A DNA stretch of 64,000 nucleotides from Eledone cirrhosa (GCA_964016885.1 CAXHJY010000514.1:1-64000); one strand, 5' to 3'; counted from the first letter of the stretch, positions 17,866-31,610 are shown. Numbers and translations are program-made. Notes: generated from the sequence alone by a model not told the origin.

Positions 17866-17907
<42 letters not shown>

Positions 17908-18021
17908 TGCTACTGTACGTCTGTATACATATATGTATGTACGTATACATACATACTTACATTTAAGTAAGTGCCGTACTAAGAGTGAGAAATGAAATTT
18001 CGTTTTCATTTTATTACAACT
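16968..18021 (+). mobile_element. Non-autonomous PLE-like/retrozyme element B (478 bp unit, 1.2 tandem copies + inverted copy)
   Basis: 17433-17543 is repeated at 17911-18021, and 16968-17434 is an inverted copy of 17486-17962. No ORF, hammerhead inside. Confidence 0.8.
17666..17708 (+). ncRNA. Minimal type I hammerhead ribozyme
   Basis: ACGGTG-CTGATGA-tagctaacaagttt-GAA-ACCAGT-A-CATCGT. The inverted copy at 17212-17254 has palindromic ACTAGT but a CCGATGA core. Confidence 0.75.
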
Positions 18022-18063
18022 TATATATATATATATGTGCATATATATATGTATATATATATG

Positions 18064-18095
<32 letters not shown>

Positions 18096-18260
18096 TATAT
18101 GTATACATATATATATGTGCATATATATATGTATATATATATATGTATATATATATGTATATATATGTATATATATATATGTGTATATATATATGTATAT
18201 ATATGTATATATATATGTATATATATGTGTATATATATGTATATATATATGTATATATAT

Positions 18261-19547
18261 ATATAATCAAAGTTTAGCAAATAAGAAAATGTTTCAAAAT
18301 AAATGTTAAAAGATTCACTGTACTCACTATGCTTACCTTTACCGAATCGGTTTCGAGTCTCAAAAATAAATGGAGAACAATCCTTGCGGCCTCCCATTGA
18401 AAAGATAAAATCTCGTCAGAACGGTCTTTTCACTCGGAGATGTGTGAAGATAGAAGCAGAGGCAAGGAGGTCAGTCTACTACCACTATAAATAGCAGCAG
18501 TCAGAACGACCAAATGTTATGCATATGGTTGGTCAATACATGTGTCCCTAAACGCTTTATGCGTGTACGGATATATACTTTATTATCATTATTCACCTCT
18601 TGATCGAGATAAAATGTTGTCGTCCTGACTGCTGCTATTTGTAGTAGTAGACTGACCTCCCTGCCTCTGCTATTATCTTTACACACCGCACAGGACAGAA
18701 TTGCTTCCACATCATTCATTCTCATCTCGGGAACTATTTTGAATAGCGCCAGTTCATAATTTGAACTCAGGAATTTTATATTCTCCGCGTGAAAAGGCCT
18801 TCTGACGAGAGTTTATCATTTCAATGGAAGGCCGCAAGGATTGTCCATTTATTTTTGAGACTCGAAACCGATTCGGTAAAGGTAACCATAGTGAGTAAAG
18901 TGAATCTTTTAAAATTTATTTTGAAACTTTTTCTTATTGGCTAAACCTTGATTATATATGTTCTGGCTCGATAATTTATTAACCTCCCATTGAATTACAT
19001 TGGCATATGTTTCGACCGTACATGTGTCCCTATACTCTTTTTGCGTGTAGGGATATATACTTTATTATTATTATACTCCTCTTGCTCGAGATAAAATCTG
19101 GTCGTTCTGACTGCTGCTATTTATAGTGGTAGTAGACTGACCTCCCTGCCTCTGCTTCTATCTTTACACACGGCACTGGGACAGAATTCCTTCCACATCA
19201 TTCATTCTCATCTCGCGAACAATTTTGAATAGCGCCAGTTCGTAATTTGAACTCGGGAATTTTCTATTCTCCGAGTAATAAGACCCGCCAGAGATGAGTT
19301 TATCTTTTCAATGGAAGGCCGCAAGGATTGTCCATTTATTTTTGAGACTCGAAACCGATTCGGTAAAGGTAACCATAGTGAGTAGAGTGAATATTTTAAA
19401 ATTTATTTTGAAAATTTTTCTTATTTGCTAAATCTTGATTATATATGTTCTAGCTCGTTAATCTATTAACCTGCCATTGAACCACATTGGCATATGGTTG
19501 GACAATACATGTGTCCCTAAATGCTTTTTGCGTGTAGGGATATATAC
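18261..19547 (+). mobile_element. Non-autonomous PLE-like/retrozyme element C (about 485 bp unit, 2.1 tandem copies + deleted inverted copy)
   Basis: Unit starts gcatatg at about 18521, 19004 and 19490. 18261-18512 is an inverted, internally deleted copy. Confidence 0.8.
18797..18883 (+). ncRNA. Type I hammerhead ribozyme with extended stem II
   Basis: GCCTT-CTGACGA-GAGTTT..43 nt..AGACTC-GAA-ACCGATTCGGT-A-AAGGT. The inverted copy at about 18335-18427 also has an intact core, while the second tandem copy (about 19282-19370) has a corrupted core. Confidence 0.82.
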
Positions 19548-19549
19548 TG

Positions 19550-19582
<33 letters not shown>

Positions 19583-19619
19583 GTATATGTATATATATAT
19601 ATGTATATATCTATATCTG

Positions 19620-19659
<40 letters not shown>

Positions 19660-19803
19660 TAGGTATATATATAAAGGTATATATATATGTATATATATAT
19701 ATGTAAATATATATATGTATATATATATGTAAATATATATATGTATATATATATGTAAATATATATATGTATATATATATATGTAGATATATATATGTAT
19801 ATA

Positions 19804-19860
<57 letters not shown>

Positions 19861-19941
19861 ATATATATATATATGTGTATGTATATATATATATATGTAT
19901 ATATATATATGTATATATATATATGTATATATATATATATT

Positions 19942-19988
<47 letters not shown>

Positions 19989-20019
19989 GTATATATATAT
20001 GTATATATATATATATTTA

Positions 20020-20095
<76 letters not shown>

Positions 20096-20492
20096 GTATA
20101 TATATTTATAATTATATATATATGTATGTATATATATTTATATATATATGTATTTATATATATATGTATATATATATATTTATATATATATGTATGTATA
20201 TATATTTATATATATATGTATGTATATATATTTATATATATATGTATGTATATATATGTATATATATATATATATGTATGTATATATATTTATATATATA
20301 TGTATGTATATATATGTATATATATATATATATGTATGTATATATATTTATATATATATGTATTTATATATTTATATATATATGTATTTATATATGTATA
20401 TATATATATTTATATATATATGTATGTATATATATTTATATATATATATGTATGTATATATATTTATATATATATATGTATGTATATATATG

Positions 20493-20523
<31 letters not shown>

Positions 20524-20757
20524 TTATATATATATGTATGTATATATATTTATATATATATGTATGTATATATATGTATATATATATATGTGTGTATATA
20601 TATATGTATATATATATATGTATATATATATGTATATATATATATATATGTATATATATATGTATATATATATATGTATATATATATTTGTATATATATA
20701 TATGTATATATATATATGTATATAAGTGTATATATATAATATATATGTATACATATG

Positions 20758-20790
<33 letters not shown>

Positions 20791-21432
20791 GTATACATAT
20801 ATATATGTATACATATGTATATATATATATATATATAAATATCTATACATATGTACATATATATATGTATTTTTATATGTCTATTTATATATATGTATAT
20901 ATGTATATAAATATTTATATATATGTATATATGTATATATATATGTATATATATGTATATATATGTATATATATATATATATGTATATGTATATGTATAT
21001 ATGTTTATATATGTATATGTATATATGTTTATATATGTATATATATATTTATATATGTTTATATATGTATATATATATTTATATATGTATATATGTATAT
21101 ATATATATATATTTATATATATGTATATATATATATATGTTTATATATGTATATTTATATATATGTATATATATATGTATATATATATATATGTTTATAT
21201 ATGTATATTTATATATATGTATATATATATGTTTATATATGTATATATGTATATTTGTATATATGTATATTTATATATATGTATATATATATGTTTATAT
21301 ATGTATATATATATATATTTATATATATGTATATATATATATGTTTATATATGTATATATATATGTATATGTATATATGTATATGTGTATATATATATAT
21401 ATATGTATATATATGTATATATATATATGTTT

Positions 21433-21476
<44 letters not shown>

Positions 21477-21511
21477 TTATATATATGTATATATATATAT
21501 GTTTATATATG

Positions 21512-21542
<31 letters not shown>

Positions 21543-21576
21543 GTATATGTATATATATATGTTAATATATGTATAT

Positions 21577-21608
<32 letters not shown>

Positions 21609-21922
21609 TTATATATATGTATATATATATATATGTTTATATATATATATGTATATATGTATATGTTTATACATATATATGTGTATATATATGTATATAT
21701 ATATTTATATATATGTATATATATATATGATTATACATATATATGTATATATATATATGTATATATATATATATGCTTATACATATATATGTATATATAT
21801 ATATATGTTTATACATATATATGTATATATATATATAGTAATAATGATAAAATTGAAGACTAAAATCCAAAGAGGGCTCGATGAGGAAAATATATATCAA
21901 ATATATAAGAACCGAAGAGCAA

Positions 21923-23817
21923 ATATTTATTAAAATAACAGATTAAAGTTTAAGCAAAGAATCGCTGCTTTCACCCTTAACGGGATCTTCTGAAACTAAC
22001 AAAGTCAATCTGTAAACGCAGAACTGGTTATTTCAAAAAACGTTGCAACCGGAGGAAGACAGAAAGACGATACTTTGGTTCGGGGAAACGTTCGCTGGTA
22101 AAGAACGGGAAAAAACGAATAATACGTCATTAATAGGAGCGGTGAAAATCAATTACGCGCAAAGACAGAACCACGTTTATGGTATAAAAGAGGTCGTAGA
22201 CTAATGTTCTCTTAGGTGGTGCATAGAGACGTTCTCTGTCAATGAACGAAAAAACGAAGATAATACGTCATATGTGCAGCGTGGAGAGCAATAGCACGCA
22301 AAGACAAAAACCACGTAAATGGTATAGCAGAAGTTGTAGACTAAAATTCTAACTAGGAGACCAAATGAATCTCCGCTACAGGGTTAAGAAGAAAGTAAAT
22401 AAATACAATGCAGAAGTAATAGAAACAAATAAATACATACACGCAAACAGATACGTACATATACAAGCATACGCAAAACCTTATCGTAGGTATACCAAAT
22501 AACGCACATATAAATATGTGTGTGTGTGTATGCTTGTGTACAAATAAATAAATAATTATATAAACGTATATAAGTAAATAAATACGTATATAACAAGCGC
22601 GCACACATACCTACAAATAAATACACGAATGTTCGGAGACGTAAGTCAACTAAAACAAGAAGTACACATATACACACACCCACCATACGTACGAACCTGC
22701 ATACTCTACGCCACAGACCACATCTTAAACAAAAAATCTGAGGCAATTTCGGCTTGTAAACATAAATTGCACAAAACTTTCCTGTATTACAGCCCCACGT
22801 TATACCCTAACGGATAGCACGATCTATACGTGGATATTTTACGTCTTGATGTGGGAGCTAAGTATATGTTTTGTTTATTCCTTTACTTATTTGCATAGGT
22901 AAGTATATATTACCCGTATGTTTTGTGAAGGTATATATACCTTCTTGTACGTATATTTGACTGTTATGGCGTATAATTTTTACATATTCTGGTATTTAGG
23001 GTTTGGCTATGTGTATACGGGAGTTTTGCGTCTGCGTGAGTATGCAGGTTCTTACGTATGGTGGGTGTGTGTATATGTGTACTTCTTGTTTTAGTGGACT
23101 TACGTCTCCGAACATTCGTGTATTTATTTGTAGGTATGTGTGTGCGCTTGTTATATACGTATTTATTTACTTATATACGTTTATATAATTATTTATTTAT
23201 GTGTACACAAGCATACACACACACACACATATTTATATGTGCGTGGTTTTGTATACCTATGGTAAGGTTTTGCGTATGCTTGTGTATATACGTATCTGTT
23301 TGTGTGTATATATGTATTTGTTTCTATTACTTCTGTATTGTATTTACTTTGTTCTTAACTCTGTAGCGGAGACTCATTTGGTCTCCTAGTTAGAATTTTA
23401 GTCTACAACTTCTGCTATACCATTTACGTGGTTTTGTCTTTGCGTGCTATTGCTCTCCACGCTCCACATATGACTTATTATCTTCGTGTTTTCGTTCATT
23501 GCCAGATAACGTCTCTATGCACCACCTAAGAGAATATTAGTCTACGACCTCTTTTATACCATAAACGTGGTTCTGTGTTTGCGCGTAATTGTTTTTCACC
23601 GCTCCTATTAATGACGTATTATTCGTTTTTTCCCGTTCTTTACCAGTGAACGTTTCCACGAACCAAAGTATCGTCTTCCTGTCTTCCTCCGGTTGCAACG
23701 TTTTTTGAAATATCCAGTTCTGCGTTCACAGATTGACTTTGTTAGTTTCAGAAGATCCCGTTAAGGGTGAAAGCAGCGATTCTTTGCTTAAACTTTAATC
23801 TGTTATTTTAATAAATA
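21923..23817. repeat. About 1.9 kb imperfect palindrome (fold-back element)
   Basis: 21923-22718 is the reverse complement of about 23030-23817 with scattered substitutions. Each arm has an internal duplication of about 140 bp. Confidence 0.92.
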
Positions 23818-23957
23818 TGTATATACATATATATTTTTATATATATATATGTTTATATATGTATATATGCTTATACATATATATGTATATATATATTTAT
23901 GTTTATACATATATATGTATATATATATATATGTATGTATATATATGTTTATACATA

Positions 23958-24002
<45 letters not shown>

Positions 24003-24032
24003 TACATATGTATATACATACATATACATTTT

Positions 24033-25041
24033 GAATCCAATGCTCGAGTTATATAATTATTACATAATTATTGGAAATCTCAAAATGCAGATGAAACCAT
24101 GGTAGAGGTTTTTAAATGTATTCTATTCTCTCCTAGTTTATTTTACACCTAATTCTATTTAGTTGACTGTATCTGGGCTATTACGCTGTCGAAATATTCG
24201 ATACATGTTCCGTTGCGTCCTACGCGAAGGCCTAGTTTCGCTTATTTGTTGGAGATTTCTTCATAGAAGCCTCATTCTTATAGCCTGGTCTATTCGTAGT
24301 TTTATATAGTTAATTATGTTAGTTGGGAGAGGAAATGGTATATATTTTATCTTGTGATTCTATAGACATGTTTTATGATATATAGCTCTGATTGTCTAAT
24401 TTATTAAATTTTCATTGAGCCACAAAGTGACCCGTTGCAAAACACGTATATGTATATGTATGTATATATATATGTAAACTGTTTTATATGTAATAATCTC
24501 CCATTAGGTTGAGATACCAATATGGCTGTATTGTGCTGTGCTTTCTAGCAAAAAAGCTACCAGTCGTAAGCAACTACCACACCCTTCCAACCTGACCGCG
24601 CCTACGTCACGATTCTTAGCCATTTTGAATGAATTCTTGGTGCGATCACTTTGGAAAATTTAGGGTCTAGATCAGAGAAAATCTCCAGATGAATCCGATG
24701 CTCGAGTTATATAATTATTACATAATTATTGGAAATCTCAAAATGCGGATGAAACAAACAATGGTAGAGGTATTTAAATGTATTCTATTTTCTCCTAGTT
24801 TATTTTACACTTAATTCTGTTTAGTTGACTGTATCTGGGCGATTAGGCTGTCGAAATATTCGATAAATATTCCGTTGCGGCCGACGCGAAGGGCTAGTTT
24901 CGGTTATGTGTCGGAGATTTCTTCATAGAAGCCTCATTCTTATAGCCTGGTCTATTCGTTTTTTTATATAGTTAATTATGCTAATTGGGAGAGGAAATGG
25001 TATATATTTTATGTTGTGATTCTATAGACATGTTTTATGAT
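24033..25041. mobile_element. Partial-tandem non-coding element (658 bp period) in (TA)n
   Basis: 24033-24380 is repeated at 24691-25041. Only a degenerate hammerhead-like remnant (GAAACTAG on the minus strand). Confidence 0.55.
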
Positions 25042-25051
25042 GTATATATAT

Positions 25052-25133
<82 letters not shown>

Positions 25134-25204
25134 GTATATATATATATGTATATATGTATATATATATATATGTGTATATATATATATATGTGTATATATA
25201 TATG

Positions 25205-25235
<31 letters not shown>

Positions 25236-25858
25236 GTATATATATATATGTATATGTATATATATATATATGTATATAAATGTATATATATATGTATATA
25301 TATATGTATATATATATATGTATATATATATGTATATATATATATGTATATATATATATGTATATATATATATGTATATATATATGTATATATATATATG
25401 TATATATATATATATGTATATATATATATGTATATATATATATATGTATATATATATATGTATATATATATGTATATATATGTATATGTATATATATATG
25501 TATATATGTATATATATGTATATATATGTATATATATATGTATATATATATGTGTATATATATATGTATATATATATGTATATATATATATGTATATATA
25601 TGTATATATATATGTGTATATATATATGTATATATATATGTATATATATATATGTATATATATGTATATATATATATGTATATATATGTATATATATATA
25701 TGTATATATATATATGTATATATATATATGTATATATATGCATATATATATGTATATATATGCATATATATATGTATATATATGTATATATATATATATG
25801 TATATATATGTATATATATATATGTATATATATGTATATATATATATGTATATATATG

Positions 25859-25903
<45 letters not shown>

Positions 25904-25980
25904 GTATATATATATATATGTATATATATGTATATATATATATGTATATATATGTATATATATATATATGTATATATATG

Positions 25981-26014
<34 letters not shown>

Positions 26015-26038
26015 TATACGTATATATATACGTATATT

Positions 26039-26084
<46 letters not shown>

Positions 26085-26138
26085 CGTATATATATATGTA
26101 TATATATATATACATATGTATATATATATATATATACG

Positions 26139-26180
<42 letters not shown>

Positions 26181-26321
26181 TGTATACGTATATATATACG
26201 TATATATATATATACGTATATATATATATATATATATATCGCGTGACTATCTCCCCCTCCGCCTTTTGGAATTCTTTCTCACGTCGTGTAGACGCGTTCT
26301 TGAGACTAGTAAAATGAGGTA

Positions 26322-26409
26322 TCCTCTTGATAAGTCGGCAGACCTCGCAAGGACTCTATATCTTTGATATATTGTTTTTGTTTATGCCACGAAACTACGT
26401 AGTCGAGGA
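26322..26409 (+). ncRNA. Type I hammerhead ribozyme, U3-A8 core variant
   Basis: TCCTC-TTGATAA-GTcGGCA..TGCCAC-GAA-ACTACGTAGT-C-GAGGA. 10 nt palindromic stem III, GUC site. Confidence 0.78.
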
Positions 26410-26912
26410 ATTTAGGAACAGTTTAGGTATGATACATTTTATTACTAATTATATCTAAATGTTTCTTCTCTCTTCATAATGTATTTTTAACTCTGATACT
26501 GGTTCAGTCTGGTTCAAACTGAATTGGTCTGTCCCAGTCATTCATTGAGCAACATCGGTGAAGTTGGCACCCTTAACTCACAGTTGGGTGCGGATGCATT
26601 CATGTATATATGTGTGTGTCCGCATGTATCTGTGTGTTTCTAAATGTATTAATAACTCCCTCTGGTCGAGCAATCTTTGAAGTGTGGGGACAACTGGAAA
26701 GCTTCCATTACTCATACTTCTCGCCTTCTTCACTACCTCTTCTACGGCCTCGATATGAATACCCCCTCCGCCTCCGTGGTATTTTTTTCGTGGTTATAAG
26801 AGGCTTAGCTCTGTTTCTCGACCGTTATATCGCGTGACTATCTCCCCCTCCGCCTTTTGGGATTCTTTCTCACGTCGTGTAGACGCGTTCTTGAGACTAG
26901 TAAAATGAGGTA

Positions 26913-27000
26913 TCCTCTTGATAAGTCGGCAGACCTCGCAAGGACTCTATATCTTTGATATATTGTTTTTGTTTATGCCACGAAACTACGTAGTCGAGGA
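26913..27000 (+). ncRNA. Second copy of the U3-A8 hammerhead
   Basis: Identical to 26322-26409, 591 nt downstream. Confidence 0.78.
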
Positions 27001-27304
27001 ATTTAGGAACAGTTTAGGTATGATACATTTTATTACTAATTATATCTAAATGTTTCTTCTCTCTTCATAATGTATTTTTAACTCTGATACTGGTTCAGTC
27101 TGGTTCAAACTGAATTGGTCTGTCCCAGTCATTCATTGAGCAACATCGGTGAAGTTGGCACCCTTAACTCACAGTTGGGTGCGGATGCATTCATGTATAT
27201 ATGTGTGTGTCCGCATGTATCTGTGTGTTTCTAAATGTATATATATATGTATATATATGTATACGTATATATATACGTATATATATATACGTATATATAT
27301 ATAC

Positions 27305-27335
<31 letters not shown>

Positions 27336-27561
27336 CGTATATATATAAATACATATATATATATATATATATGTGTATATATATATACGTATATATATAC
27401 GTATATATATATATATATATGCATATATATATATATATGTATATATATATACGTATATATATACGTATATATATATGTATATGTATATACATATATATAT
27501 ATACATATATATATATACATATATATATCTACATATACATATATATATATATATATATACA

Positions 27562-27606
<45 letters not shown>

Positions 27607-27722
27607 GTATATGTATATACATATATATATATACATATATATATATACATATATATATATACATATACATATATATATATATATATATACATATATATAC
27701 ATATATATACATATATATATAC

Positions 27723-28661
27723 AGAATCAAAGGACTTCCTATAGTCAATGAAAAGCATGACCGCAGGAATTCACTTTGCTCTAGCTCCCACTAATATCCT
27801 CCTCAGCATCAGGTTCTGACTGATGGCAGATCTTCCCTCTCTGAAGCCGTTCTGTTTGCCCCTGAGCAGCAGAGTTATGGCGAAAATGATATCAGATGCT
27901 GAATTTGCCGACGACATAGTTTTGGTGACAAATACAGTGAAGGAGGCAGAGGATTTGATGCAGGAGGTTGAGACTGTGTCGATGAGTGTGGTGCTGAGAA
28001 TGAATGAGACTAAAACAAAATATCTGGTAGAGAATGTTGAGAAGCCAGAGAGGATCACTAATGTAGGCGGTTAGCAGCTAGAATTGGTTGAGGATTTCCT
28101 GTATTTGGGAGCAAAGATTTGGAATACGGAAGATGATGTGGTTGAGAGGATGAGCAAAGCCTGGGCGGCGTGCCACACCTTGAGATCAATGTAGAAGTCG
28201 GACCTTCGTAAAGACCTGAAAATCCGCCTCTTCATTGTTGTAGTGGAGTCTGTGCTGCTGTACGGGTCTGAGACTTGGAGACTGACCAAGAAACTCACTC
28301 CGATGGTGGATGGGTGCTACACGAGAATGCTGAGGATGGCTCTGAACATTAATCAGTATACACTGAGGATGAAAATCTCAGAGCTGTATGGGAGCCTCCC
28401 AAAAGTCAGCTCCAAAGTGACACAGAGGCGACTGAGTTTAGGTGGACATGCTCACCGACATCCAGAATTGACATTGCACTCAGTGCTCCTGTGGGAGCTC
28501 TACATGGACACACTGGAAGAGGAAGACCAAGGTTAACATATGTTGATGCCCTAAGGGCAGACACTGGTCTGTTGGAGAAGCAGGACTTGGCAGTTATAAT
28601 GAGGGACAGAGACCGCAGGAGAGAACTCATCCATGGATCTCGGGAATTTTACTCGCCCTAG
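27723..28661 (+). mobile_element. 5'-truncated, 5'-inverted RTE/RTE-X LINE fragment
   Basis: The + strand gives EFADD, MNETKTKY, FLYLG, ESVLLYGSETW and GRGRPRLTY. 27723-27872 on the minus strand gives the upstream RT motifs [20 protein letters not shown]. Confidence 0.88.
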
Positions 28662-28739
28662 AATACATATATATACTTATATATATACATATATATCTAT
28701 ATATACATATATACATATATATACATAAATATGTATATA

Positions 28740-28782
<43 letters not shown>

Positions 28783-29656
28783 TAAATTAATAAAAATAAT
28801 GAATAAACAAAGAAACTTCCTTATATCAAAAAATCCATCATTTTACGATCGTTTCTAGGATATATATTTTAGTGTTGGTATGCATATCATATAGATCTAT
28901 GTAACATTTTTAGAAACTATCAGAAGGAATATACATACCTACACATATATATGCTGTCTTCAGAAATAATGATATTTGTTTATGGAAAGAATATTATGAA
29001 TGAAAGATTATTACCTATCTACTGGTCAATTCAAAACCTGTCCCCAAACAGACCTATTATATTAAATCTTTGTTGGTTTTATTCAATGAACAAATATAAT
29101 TATTTCTGAAGATAGCATATGACCTATTTTCATCCCTAAAATAATCTTTCATTCATAATATTCTTTCCATCCAAAACTGAAATCTACCTTCCTCTACTCC
29201 TAAATTAAGGCTCTATTACTACTATTTTACTATCTTGACCTTCACTATCTTTCTATTGGTCAATTCAAAACCTGTTCCAAAACAGACCTATTGTATTAAA
29301 TCTTTGTTGGTTTTTGTCAATAAACAAATATCATTATTTCTGAAGACAGCATATATATGTGTAGGTATGTATATTCCTTCTGATAGTTTGTAAACATTTT
29401 ACATAGATCTATATGATATGCATACCACAACTAACATATATATCCTAGAAACGATCGTAAAATGATGATTTTTTTATATAAGGAACTGTTTCTTTGTTTA
29501 TTCATTATTTTTATTAATTTATCTTGACTCTGTTTTCCTGTATTTTTCATCGAAAACAATTTTTTGAATACAACTTCTCCTTTCATGATATTCGGATTAC
29601 ATTGAGTTCTTTATACAGAGTGGACACTACCGTACATTTTGGTAGATTTATCTACG
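28783..29656 (+). mobile_element. Non-autonomous PLE-like/retrozyme element E (inverted + partial direct copies)
   Basis: 28783-28982 is inverted relative to 29321-29522, 29023-29120 is a direct repeat of 29258-29355, and 28982-29012 is inverted relative to 29140-29170. Confidence 0.7.
29330..29469 (+). ncRNA. Type I hammerhead ribozyme with a stem II domain of about 100 nt
   Basis: ATCATTATTT-CTGAAGA-cagcATATATATGT..ACATATATATccta-GAA-ACGATCGT-A-AAATGATGAT. 10 bp stem I, palindromic stem III. Inverted copy at about 28835-28973. Confidence 0.8.
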
Positions 29657-29681
29657 TATATATATATATATATGTATACTT

Positions 29682-29735
<54 letters not shown>

Positions 29736-29771
29736 TTACATGTAAACATATATATACATATATATATATAC

Positions 29772-29819
<48 letters not shown>

Positions 29820-30097
29820 ACTTATACATATATATATATATATATACACATTTACATGTAGACATATATATATATATATATATGTATACTTATACATATA
29901 TATATATATATATATACACATTTACATGTATACATATATATACATATATATATATACATATATATATATATACATATATATATATACATATACATATATA
30001 TACATATACATATTTACACATATGCATATACACATAAATATATATACATATACACATATACATATATACGTATACATATATACATATATATATATAT

Positions 30098-30385
30098 CAT
30101 CATCATCATCATCATCACCGTTTTACGCCCATTTTTCCACGCTAGCATGGGTTAGACGGGTTGTCCTGTTGTGGGCAGTGTCTGGCCTGCTGACCTTGTC
30201 TTGCTCATAGAGGAAGTGATTATGGCTTGATTTCTACAGATGGATGCCCTCCTAACACCAACCTCATTTACAGTGAATGCAGGGTGCTTTTCTGCCGTGG
30301 CACCTCCACGACCAATTTGCAGTGGTAGGGAGTGGTGGCATATTGTCTATATGCTTCAGCTTGTACCCATGGGAGGTCGGGTACT
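30098..30385 (-). mobile_element. RTE 3'UTR fragment with (GAT)n tail
   Basis: Matches the 3' end of the RTE at 56455-56730. (CAT)n on the + strand. Confidence 0.8.
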
Positions 30386-30413
30386 CTATATATACGGGTA
30401 CTCTATATATACA

Positions 30414-31025
30414 TGGGCCGAAATGCGAATCTCGATAATTTATGTTTGTATTATTCTCCAGACTCTAGCTATTGACCAGTTAATTTTCTTGATTTTTTAG
30501 TTGATTCTATTGACTGATGAATAGCTTATGTTCATTTTAACCCTTCTGTTGAGAACTCTATTCGATTTGTGATGTTTTTGCATTCTTGCAAAAATATACA
30601 CAACTGAATTCATTCGCCTGATATAGGGGTTGCCTTCCTTGCCGATCCCCACGTGGGATCAGCAATAGTCCTTGTATTAACATTGAACTAAAACCTGTTG
30701 AGAAAGTGGCTTCCTTGTTCAATCATCTTACCAGAAGCCTGACATTATTTATGTAAGCGGACGGTATTTGATTTAGGAGCCGCAGAAACCCAAATACTGG
30801 ATTTTACCAACCTTCCAGGGGTCCGGGTAAATTTTCAATACCCGAATTACTTGATCATTTTTTTTTTGGCTATGCGAATGATTGTTTAACCATCGTCTCA
30901 GTGTGTTTGGCCTTTAACGTTTGTTATAGCTCTGGTTCATCTGAATCATTGAGCACTTGCCGCACATCTCGGAGGTTGTTTTTCGTTATTTCGTGGGCCG
31001 AAATGCAAATCTCGATAATTTATGT

Positions 31026-31027
<2 letters not shown>
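30414..31027. repeat. About 580 bp unit bounded by short direct repeats
   Basis: tgggccgaaatgc(g/a)aatctcgataatttatgttt at 30414 and 30994. Confidence 0.6.
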
Positions 31028-31063
<36 letters not shown>

Positions 31064-31261
31064 ATATATATATTTGTATATGTATATTTGTATATGTATA
31101 TTTGTATATGTATATATGTATATGAGTATATGTATATATGTAAATGTGTATATTTATCATCATATGTATATATGTATATATGTATATATGTAAATGTGTA
31201 TATTTAACATCATATGTATATATGTATATGAGTATATGTATATATGTAAATGTATATATTT

Positions 31262-31610
31262 ATCATCATCATCATCATCTTCGTTTAACATCCATTTTCC
31301 AATCTAGCATGGGTTAGACAGGAGTTGTCCCACTTGAGGCAAGGTTGGTCGGGTGACCATGTCTCGCTCATATAGGACTATCTGGCGGGTATTTTACGGA
31401 TGGATGCCCTTCCTAACACCAACCACATTTACAGTGTGGAACCGGGAACTTTTTACCGTGTTACCTATACGGCCACATTACAGCGTGGACTGTGTGTTTT
31501 TTTCTCGTGATACCTACACGATGTCGATCTCCTTATCTCATTTATTTGGACTGGATGTTGTGGTACCAAGTTTATAGAGAGAGGGTGGTGTTGGTGGGAG
31601 TGGGAGGATA
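31262..31610 (-). mobile_element. RTE 3'UTR fragment with (GAT)n tail
   Basis: Reverse-complement similarity to 35700-36012. Confidence 0.8.

Larger units (their letters stand above)
26236..27240 (+). mobile_element. Non-autonomous PLE-like/retrozyme element D (591 bp unit, 1.7 near-identical copies)
   Basis: 26236-26649 is repeated almost perfectly at 26827-27240. Two hammerheads, flanked by (TA)n. Confidence 0.82.

Noticed and set aside
21876-21920. SECIS- or hammerhead-like GCTC-GATGA..GAA-GAGC hairpin
   Set aside because: The helix is poorly paired and neither consensus is met.
30513-30570. CTGATGA followed by a stem
   Set aside because: No GAAA or stem III follows. The same applies to CTGATGA at about 41253.
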